From TPA_inf: Saccharomyces (taxonomy: Eukaryota), in NCBI GenBank assembly GCA_000146045.2, contig BK006938.2, forward strand, positions 544,001-608,000: a DNA stretch of 64,000 nucleotides, read 5' to 3'. Shown in pieces: positions 56,793 to 64,000 of this stretch. The position numbers and the translations under genes are program-made. Positions within the stretch are counted from its first letter, which is position 1. Each line of letters opens with the position of its first letter. Below the pieces are notes generated by a model. It searched no databases, was not told the origin of the DNA, and saw only the letters and a program-made list of their open reading frames with translations.

Positions 56793-57809
56793 ATGAAATT
56801 ATCAACTGTCCTATTATCTGCCGGTTTAGCCTCGACTACTTTGGCCCAATTTTCCAACAGTACATCTGCTTCTTCCACCGATGTCACTTCCTCCTCTTCC
56901 ATCTCCACTTCCTCTGGCTCAGTAACTATCACATCTTCTGAAGCTCCAGAATCCGACAACGGTACCAGCACAGCTGCACCAACTGAAACCTCAACAGAGG
57001 CTCCAACCACTGCTATCCCAACTAACGGTACCTCTACTGAAGCTCCAACCACTGCTATCCCAACTAACGGTACCTCTACTGAAGCTCCAACTGATACTAC
57101 TACTGAAGCTCCAACCACCGCTCTTCCAACTAACGGTACTTCTACTGAAGCTCCAACTGATACTACTACTGAAGCTCCAACCACCGGTCTTCCAACCAAC
57201 GGTACCACTTCAGCTTTCCCACCAACTACATCTTTGCCACCAAGCAACACTACCACCACTCCTCCTTACAACCCATCTACTGACTACACCACTGACTACA
57301 CTGTAGTCACTGAATATACTACTTACTGTCCAGAACCAACCACTTTCACCACAAACGGTAAGACTTACACCGTCACTGAACCAACCACATTGACTATCAC
57401 TGACTGTCCATGCACCATTGAAAAGCCAACAACCACATCAACCACCGAATACACTGTAGTCACTGAGTACACTACTTACTGTCCAGAACCAACCACTTTC
57501 ACCACAAACGGTAAGACTTACACCGTCACTGAACCAACCACTTTGACTATCACTGACTGTCCATGTACTATTGAAAAGAGCGAAGCCCCTGAGTCTTCTG
57601 TCCCAGTTACCGAATCTAAGGGCACTACCACCAAAGAAACAGGTGTTACTACCAAACAAACCACAGCCAACCCAAGTCTAACCGTCTCCACAGTCGTCCC
57701 AGTTTCATCCTCTGCTTCTTCTCATTCCGTTGTCATCAACAGTAACGGTGCTAACGTCGTCGTTCCAGGTGCTTTAGGTTTGGCTGGTGTTGCTATGTTA
57801 TTCTTATAA
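56793..57809 (+). CDS. SED1: Major stress-induced GPI cell-wall glycoprotein (YDR077W), 338 aa
   Basis: Signal peptide, Ser/Thr/Pro-rich repeats, two Cys-containing 51-aa repeats, and a GPI signal (hydrophobic C-terminus). Confidence 0.95.
   Translation: MKLSTVLLSAGLASTTLAQFSNSTSASSTDVTSSSSISTSSGSVTITSSEAPESDNGTSTAAPTETSTEAPTTAIPTNGTSTEAPTTAIPTNGTSTEAPTDTTTEAPTTALPTNGTSTEAPTDTTTEAPTTGLPTNGTTSAFPPTTSLPPSNTTTTPPYNPSTDYTTDYTVVTEYTTYCPEPTTFTTNGKTYTVTEPTTLTITDCPCTIEKPTTTSTTEYTVVTEYTTYCPEPTTFTTNGKTYTVTEPTTLTITDCPCTIEKSEAPESSVPVTESKGTTTKETGVTTKQTTANPSLTVSTVVPVSSSASSHSVVINSNGANVVVPGALGLAGVAMLFL
56990..57215 (+). repeat. SED1 intragenic T/E/A/P-rich tandem repeats, including two perfect 42-bp units at 57009-57050 and 57051-57092
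   Basis: Direct DNA repeats encoding [14 protein letters not shown] x2, followed by degenerate [10 protein letters not shown](A/G)[11 protein letters not shown] units. Confidence 0.9.
57297..57578 (+). repeat. SED1 153-bp (51-aa) tandem duplication: near-identical copies at 57297-57425 and 57450-57578
   Basis: [44 protein letters not shown] is encoded twice, with a few synonymous or conservative nucleotide differences. The period is exactly 153 bp. Confidence 0.92.
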
Positions 57810-58197
57810 ACGGTGGTGTTTGACACATCCGCCTTCTTAATGCTTTCTTTCAGTATTATGTTATTTTTTTGTTATTCGTTTTTCACTTCTAGGCTTTTTG
57901 ACAGACTAGCCCCGTTATACCACCATCTTTGTGGGAAAGCCCCTAAATTGCCCTGAGCAGTATCGTTTCATGTCTAGTCTCTTTAAAGATGTTTCTTACG
58001 CGTTGCGTGTAAAACATCCTCTCATTCAAGACAGGGTTTTCTAAAAGCAATAGGGGTAGTTTAATAATTCTTATATAATCATCATATACACTATTTTTAG
58101 TTCTTAATTCTTTAATACAAACTTATTAATGTGCTCTCCATTGATCTCTTAATCAGGAGGCGATATATACCGGAAGCGGTGTACTTTTCTTCACCTC

Positions 58198-58869
58198 TTA
58201 CTCAACTATGTTGATGTGCAAGTTTAACCACTCGTCGATATTATCTATTGCTATAACGAAAACTTTATTCGAGTTCACAGTGAAAAACTTCAGCACATTT
58301 ATGGAAGATCTAAGCAAAATGGAGAACGCCAGTAGATGCGAACAACAAACTTTATCAAATTTGAAATACCACTGCTTTGATAAGCTATGAGGATCCAGCT
58401 GTGCAAACCTATCATCCGAAAATTGCAAATGATCATCAACTTCATTTATTAGCACATCGTGTAATTCTTCTTTTTCGTCAGTTTTTTCTAGTGCTTCATG
58501 AAAGTATTTACAAAACTCTTCACATGAGCAGAACCAGTGTGCGATATCTACGAGTATTGGTGGCGCTCCATCATTAGTATCCTTCACTATTAAGCGATAC
58601 TCCAGGAGCGAATTAGATGAACCCTTATAAAATTCATCAACTAACACATCAATCAATGATGTATGCTCATTACCTTCCTTGTTATGGACTCTATCTAATA
58701 TGTATATAAACATGTCTGAAGATTCTAGTAATGAAATTGCTCGAATAAATAGTTCCCTTGGAAACATATAATATAAGAAGGATGCTATTGTATCATCCAG
58801 TTTTGTATCATCGTTTGTGTTAACCAGTTTAGCAAATAATTTAGAGTATTCTATTACATCCTTCGACAT
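58198..58869 (-). CDS. SHU2: Shu complex subunit, SWIM/SWS1-type zinc-finger protein (YDR078C), 223 aa
   Basis: Recognised as Shu2 (…WFCSCEEFC… zinc-finger-like CxC). Start at the second Met (MSKDVIEY), from memory of the annotated length. Confidence 0.83.
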
Positions 58870-59063
58870 ACTCACCCTTGTGACTTGTTCTTTTCTCCCT
58901 ATTTCTTCTTCATCACCAACACTTTTGCTTTACCGGCTTGACCTTAAATGGTTATTTTTTCCCGTATAATTCCAATATATCAGCGCATCTTGCTGATATT
59001 TTCTGTTCTATAACAATTTAATAAGGGCTGACAAACAAAAGTAATCACTTCGACAAGTACAAA

Positions 59064-59399
59064 ATGGGTCTATTTAATAACTTCAAGTTTAAATATACAA
59101 GGGCGCAACTGGAGATCTTTAGATTTTCATTTTGTTTGCTAGCACCTGTTGCTGTAATGTACTATATTGGTACAGATACTGATAAAAAATTAAATGTTCC
59201 AGGGTTTTGGCCAGATCCTGCAACGTTGAACCAAATACCAAAAGAGCCTTATGAGATTAAAGCTGAACTGGCAAGGATGAAAAAAGAACGTTTAGAGAAA
59301 AGGCTTAGGTTGGAGAAAAAGATACAAGAGGAGTTTGGTTTAGACCTTGAGGAGGAAAAAGAAAAAATTAAACGGGATTTGGCTCTCAAAAAAGGATGA
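59064..59399 (+). CDS. PET100: Cytochrome c oxidase assembly chaperone (YDR079W), 111 aa
   Basis: Small inner-membrane protein with one TM segment and a charged C-terminus. Recognised as Pet100. Confidence 0.88.
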   Translation: MGLFNNFKFKYTRAQLEIFRFSFCLLAPVAVMYYIGTDTDKKLNVPGFWPDPATLNQIPKEPYEIKAELARMKKERLEKRLRLEKKIQEEFGLDLEEEKEKIKRDLALKKG

Positions 59400-59592
59400 G
59401 AAAAGAAAACGGTTAAAGATGTATACTTGCACCTGACCACTTTTTCTTCCTTATATTTATTATTCTAACATGTACATACCTGTATAGTCGTATTTCCACT
59501 AGATCATCACTTCCCCTCTATATTCATGTCTGACCTGGTTATGCAGGTCATGCTCTATTCAAATAGTATTGAAAAAGCTGAATGAGCAATAA

Positions 59593-59811
59593 TTACTGAT
59601 TTTCTTCTTCATCCATAGGATTATATATATTCTTAGATAATAGCCTATTTAGCTCATGCTTAACAAATTCGACTTTCGAGGGATTTACTAAAAGATGGGT
59701 GTCATCCAACTCCTCTAGTACTATATCACTCATCTTGGCGTCAATTTGTAATATGAGCGCCTTGATGGATGGATCACATTGAACCAGTGCACCCTTTCTT
59801 GCTCTAGCCAT
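59593..59811 (-). CDS. TFB5: TFIIH subunit p8 (YDR079C-A), 72 aa
   Basis: Recognised as Tfb5 (MARARKGALVQCDPSIKALILQID...). Confidence 0.86.
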   Translation of the reverse strand: MARARKGALVQCDPSIKALILQIDAKMSDIVLEELDDTHLLVNPSKVEFVKHELNRLLSKNIYNPMDEEENQ

Positions 59812-60007
59812 TTTTTCGTTCTTTTACAAAAGTATCTTGGCTTTGTCTCTATTGGGAGTACACTTCTATCTTACTGCAGTTTGCTCGTCTTTTTTCAATA
59901 ATACGATACAAAAGAAAAATTAAAAGGGCTATTGAGACTGTTGTAAAATATATATGCAAAATAAAAAAGCATTTTAACGAAGAGTATATACCTACTATTA
60001 GACATTA

Positions 60008-62986
60008 ATGACTACAGATAATCATCAGAATGATTCTGTTTTGGATCAACAATCAGGCGAACGAACAATTGATGAGAGTAATTCCATCTCTGACGAGAAT
60101 AATGTTGATAATAAGAGGGAAGACGTTAATGTAACTTCACCAACAAAAAGTGTTAGTTGCATATCACAAGCGGAAAATGGAGTAGCTTCTCGAACAGATG
60201 AGAGTACAATAACAGGAAGTGCGACGGATGCAGAAACAGGTGATGATGATGATGATGATGATGATGACGATGATGAAGATGAGGATGACGAAGATGAGCC
60301 CCCCTTATTGAAGTACACACGAATTAGTCAACTCCCGAAGAACTTTTTTCAACGAGACTCGATCTCTTCATGTTTATTTGGTGATACTTTTTTTGCATTT
60401 GGTACACACTCAGGCATTCTACACTTAACTACATGCGCGTTCGAACCCATTAAAACCATCAAATGCCATAGATCTTCGATACTTTGTATTAACACTGACG
60501 GAAAATATTTTGCTACGGGATCTATTGACGGGACAGTGATTATCGGATCGATGGATGATCCACAAAACATTACACAATACGATTTCAAAAGACCTATAAA
60601 CTCTGTAGCGTTGCACTCAAATTTTCAAGCATCCAGAATGTTTGTTTCTGGTGGAATGGCTGGCGACGTTGTACTATCTCAGAGAAATTGGCTAGGAAAT
60701 AGAATCGACATCGTTTTAAACAAGAAGAAAAAGAAAAAAACAAGAAAAGATGACCTATCCTCTGATATGAAGGGCCCTATCATGGGAATTTATACTATGG
60801 GTGACCTTATATTATGGATGGATGATGATGGAATAACATTTTGCGATGTTCCTACAAGATCACAGCTTTTGAATATTCCATTCCCCTCCAGAATTTTTAA
60901 CGTACAGGATGTAAGGCCAGATCTATTTAGACCCCATGTTCATTTTTTAGAAAGTGATCGTGTCGTTATCGGATGGGGATCTAATATTTGGCTATTTAAA
61001 GTTTCCTTTACCAAGGATTCAAATTCGATCAAATCCGGTGACTCTAATTCTCAAAGTAATAATATGAGTCATTTTAACCCTACGACAAACATCGGATCTC
61101 TCTTGTCTAGTGCTGCATCGAGTTTTAGAGGGACACCTGATAAGAAAGTTGAATTAGAATGCCATTTTACTGTGTCAATGTTGATTACAGGGCTTGCATC
61201 GTTTAAGGATGATCAGTTATTATGCCTAGGTTTTGATATAGATATTGAAGAGGAAGCAACCATAGATGAAGATATGAAGGAGGGGAAGAATTTTAGCAAG
61301 CGGCCAGAAAACTTATTAGCCAAAGGGAATGCTCCAGAATTAAAAATTGTTGATCTTTTTAATGGTGATGAAATCTATAATGATGAAGTTATCATGAAAA
61401 ACTATGAAAAATTGTCTATAAATGATTATCACCTCGGTAAACATATAGATAAAACAACACCAGAATACTATTTGATAAGTTCCAACGATGCCATCAGGGT
61501 TCAAGAGTTATCATTGAAGGATCATTTCGATTGGTTTATGGAAAGAAAGCAATATTATAAAGCTTGGAAAATCGGTAAATATGTAATTGGATCAGAAGAG
61601 AGGTTTAGTATAGGGTTGAAATTCCTCAACTCTTTAGTAACTAAAAAAGATTGGGGTACATTAGTGGACCACTTAAATATTATTTTCGAAGAAACTTTAA
61701 ACTCATTGGATTCCAACTCATATGATGTCACTCAAAACGTGCTGAAAGAATGGGCAGATATAATAGAGATTTTGATTACATCAGGAAATATTGTAGAAAT
61801 TGCGCCTTTGATTCCCAAGAAACCTGCCTTAAGAAAGTCGGTATATGACGATGTATTACATTACTTTTTGGCCAATGACATGATCAATAAGTTTCATGAG
61901 TATATTACTAAGTGGGATTTAAAGCTTTTTTCTGTGGAAGATTTCGAAGAAGAGCTAGAAACAAGAATAGAGGCTGCTAGTGAACCTACAGCTTCATCGA
62001 AGGAAGAAGGGTCTAATATTACCTATAGAACTGAGTTGGTGCATTTATATTTGAAAGAGAATAAATATACCAAGGCTATACCGCACCTTTTGAAAGCTAA
62101 GGACTTAAGAGCTTTAACTATTATAAAAATACAAAATTTATTGCCGCAGTATCTAGACCAGATAGTTGATATCATTCTTTTACCATATAAGGGTGAAATT
62201 TCCCATATTTCCAAACTATCAATATTTGAAATTCAAACAATTTTTAACAAACCAATAGACCTGTTGTTTGAAAATAGACACACCATATCAGTCGCTAGAA
62301 TATACGAAATATTTGAACATGATTGTCCAAAAAGTTTCAAAAAGATTTTATTTTGTTATTTAATAAAATTTTTAGATACGGACGACTCGTTCATGATAAG
62401 TCCTTATGAAAATCAACTAATTGAACTTTATTCTGAATACGACCGACAAAGCCTTCTGCCTTTTCTGCAAAAGCACAATAACTATAATGTAGAGAGTGCC
62501 ATCGAAGTCTGTTCATCGAAACTTGGTTTATATAATGAACTGATCTATTTGTGGGGGAAAATCGGTGAAACGAAGAAAGCATTGTCTTTGATTATTGACG
62601 AGTTAAAAAACCCGCAATTAGCTATAGATTTTGTTAAAAACTGGGGTGATTCAGAACTTTGGGAATTCATGATTAACTATAGTCTTGACAAACCTAATTT
62701 TACTAAAGCCATTTTAACATGTTCTGATGAGACCAGCGAAATTTACCTAAAAGTGATCAGAGGTATGTCCGATGATCTGCAAATTGACAACCTGCAGGAT
62801 ATTATTAAACATATCGTTCAAGAAAATTCATTAAGCTTGGAAGTTAGAGATAATATTTTGGTTATCATTAATGATGAAACGAAAAAATTTGCCAATGAAT
62901 TCCTGAAAATAAGAAGTCAAGGTAAATTGTTTCAAGTAGACGAAAGCGATATTGAAATTAATGACGACTTAAATGGTGTTTTATAA
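60008..62986 (+). CDS. VPS41: HOPS complex subunit (YDR080W), 992 aa
   Basis: N-terminal acidic stretch with a poly-Asp run, WD40/beta-propeller region and clathrin-heavy-chain-repeat alpha-solenoid. Recognised as Vps41. Confidence 0.95.
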   Translation: MTTDNHQNDSVLDQQSGERTIDESNSISDENNVDNKREDVNVTSPTKSVSCISQAENGVASRTDESTITGSATDAETGDDDDDDDDDDDEDEDDEDEPPLLKYTRISQLPKNFFQRDSISSCLFGDTFFAFGTHSGILHLTTCAFEPIKTIKCHRSSILCINTDGKYFATGSIDGTVIIGSMDDPQNITQYDFKRPINSVALHSNFQASRMFVSGGMAGDVVLSQRNWLGNRIDIVLNKKKKKKTRKDDLSSDMKGPIMGIYTMGDLILWMDDDGITFCDVPTRSQLLNIPFPSRIFNVQDVRPDLFRPHVHFLESDRVVIGWGSNIWLFKVSFTKDSNSIKSGDSNSQSNNMSHFNPTTNIGSLLSSAASSFRGTPDKKVELECHFTVSMLITGLASFKDDQLLCLGFDIDIEEEATIDEDMKEGKNFSKRPENLLAKGNAPELKIVDLFNGDEIYNDEVIMKNYEKLSINDYHLGKHIDKTTPEYYLISSNDAIRVQELSLKDHFDWFMERKQYYKAWKIGKYVIGSEERFSIGLKFLNSLVTKKDWGTLVDHLNIIFEETLNSLDSNSYDVTQNVLKEWADIIEILITSGNIVEIAPLIPKKPALRKSVYDDVLHYFLANDMINKFHEYITKWDLKLFSVEDFEEELETRIEAASEPTASSKEEGSNITYRTELVHLYLKENKYTKAIPHLLKAKDLRALTIIKIQNLLPQYLDQIVDIILLPYKGEISHISKLSIFEIQTIFNKPIDLLFENRHTISVARIYEIFEHDCPKSFKKILFCYLIKFLDTDDSFMISPYENQLIELYSEYDRQSLLPFLQKHNNYNVESAIEVCSSKLGLYNELIYLWGKIGETKKALSLIIDELKNPQLAIDFVKNWGDSELWEFMINYSLDKPNFTKAILTCSDETSEIYLKVIRGMSDDLQIDNLQDIIKHIVQENSLSLEVRDNILVIINDETKKFANEFLKIRSQGKLFQVDESDIEINDDLNGVL
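60243..60266 (+). repeat. (GAT)8 trinucleotide repeat inside VPS41, extending as an imperfect GAY/GAR run to about 60296
   Basis: Encodes D8 within GDDDDDDDDDDEDEDDEDE. It produces a spurious antisense poly-Ser ORF (60046-60318). Confidence 0.95.
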
Positions 62987-63042
62987 TATCGAATCATCAT
63001 TTAATACACAAGGCAAGTGTACACTTCAGGAATGTACTGCTG

Positions 63043-63075
63043 AAAAAAAAAAAAAAAAAGAAAAAAAAGAAAAAG
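63043..63075. repeat. A17 run followed by an A/G-rich purine tract in the VPS41/PDC2 convergent 3' region
   Basis: Homopolymer seen directly. Responsible for the poly-Phe stretch in spurious ORF 62997-63365. Confidence 0.9.
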
Positions 63076-63303
63076 ATATCTTGGTTTGAATAAGTAAAAT
63101 TAATAGAATCCAGTTTCCAGTGATCGGTACAGGCTAAATAATAAATATCTCTACTTTTATTTATTCTTTTCGTTTTCTTGTGTTCAGGATAGATCAAAGA
63201 GCAGTCAAAGGTCATCAGGAAAATGATAAATTCAAAAAACCGAGAGTTAAAGGCAAAACTACAAAAAAGAGCAATGAATATCGAGATCTTATTAAGTTTA
63301 TAT

Positions 63304-64000
63304 CTAAAAAAAGCCTGTGTTACCAGGTAAGTGTAAGTTATTAGAGTCTGGGAGGTTTGAACCACCAGTCGGAAGGTCCAAGTTATTGGCGGAAGTTGCA
63401 GCTGCAGCTGCAGCCCCAGATAGAAGGGTTTCTAAATGGTCTTGTGCATTCTTACTGTTTATTTTAATGCTTTCGCTATTTAATTGTTTTCTAGTCTTTT
63501 TAATCCTTTTTAAAAGTGTCAAATAATTGAAATTAAGTTCATTTATTGTTTCTTTCGTCAGTGATATTTCGTTTGATTCTGCATGTTTCATAATGGTACT
63601 CAATGATTTGGCGATATTTATATTTGTTTGTAAGTTACTTAATATTGTGGTGGAAGAGGGTGACATACCGGAAACAGCACCTTCAAGATGTTCTAAAGCT
63701 GATGGCGATGACGCAGAGGAATTTGAGTCTATGGGTGCAGATATAATAGATCTCGCTGGAGCGCCTGTTGAGTTTATTGCCACAGGAGATGGTGTAATTG
63801 AAGGAGACGAAGCTTCCGCGACGGACGCCGAATTATGTTGAAAGTTATTCAGAGAATTTTGAGATATAGCATTTGAGGAATTAACAGAATGTCCGCTTTT
63901 TGATGTGTCGCTCAGCAACCCATTCATATGTGGGACATCAAACGGCTGTGCTTGATTTCTTGACTCTAGAAGGGCAGTCGTTATCGAGTTTGAATTTGCC
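63304..64000 (-). CDS. PDC2: Pyruvate decarboxylase gene transcriptional activator (YDR081C). 3' portion only: C-terminal about 232 codons; the CDS continues beyond the window end.
   Basis: The reading frame is open on the minus strand from 64000 down to the stop at 63304. The Ser/Asn/Ala-rich activator-like C-terminus is recognised as Pdc2. The ATG at 63927 is internal. Confidence 0.85.
   Translation of the reverse strand, partial: ANSNSITTALLESRNQAQPFDVPHMNGLLSDTSKSGHSVNSSNAISQNSLNNFQHNSASVAEASSPSITPSPVAINSTGAPARSIISAPIDSNSSASSPSALEHLEGAVSGMSPSSTTILSNLQTNINIAKSLSTIMKHAESNEISLTKETINELNFNYLTLLKRIKKTRKQLNSESIKINSKNAQDHLETLLSGAAAAAATSANNLDLPTGGSNLPDSNNLHLPGNTGFF

Noticed and set aside
56732-57259. 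175-aa minus-strand ORF ([11 protein letters not shown] repeats) and 57438-57659 ORF antisense to SED1
   Set aside because: Generated by the SED1 tandem repeats; no start-context or codon-bias support.
60046-60318. 90-aa minus-strand ORF with an S27 run
   Set aside because: Antisense reading of the VPS41 (GAT)n / acidic tract.
62997-63365. 122-aa minus-strand ORF between VPS41 and PDC2 containing F14
   Set aside because: The poly-Phe comes from the A17 tract. It overlaps the PDC2 3' end and has a low-complexity translation.

Overview
This window reads as a contiguous stretch of the Saccharomyces cerevisiae chromosome IV right arm, in reference gene order YDR044W (HEM13) through the 3' part of YDR081C (PDC2). 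I identified the genes by recognising the translated ORFs; no database search was possible.

I can support about 39 nuclear protein-coding genes, all intron-less except UBC5 and RPS13, each of which has one canonical spliceosomal intron (GTATGT ... TACTAAC ... AG). There is also the classic co-transcribed tRNA-Arg(UCU)-tRNA-Asp(GUC) gene pair, separated by a 10-nt spacer and followed by a Pol III T-run terminator. Several recognisable promoter motifs sit where known biology predicts them: a Rox1 site at HEM13, PAC/RRPE at MAK21, Pdr1/Pdr3 elements at IPT1 and LCB2, stress-response elements at TPS2, an MCB at DBF4, an Rlm1 site at PST1, Rap1/Reb1/Gcr1 sites at TPI1, and a Rap1-like site at RPS13. 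Coding-region tandem repeats occur in SNF11, SED1 and VPS41, and there are long poly(dA:dT) tracts.

I see no Ty/LTR elements, no CRISPR arrays, no rRNA, and nothing that looks like foreign or inserted DNA. Every ORF of 200 aa or more is accounted for by a known yeast gene. The remaining short ORFs are antisense or alternate-frame artefacts of repeats, or N-terminal extensions of real genes. My honest conclusion is that this is an ordinary, densely annotated yeast region with no evidence for a previously undescribed system. The most useful second-look items are regulatory-motif and repeat observations, plus one large ORF-free region at the 5' end of the window.
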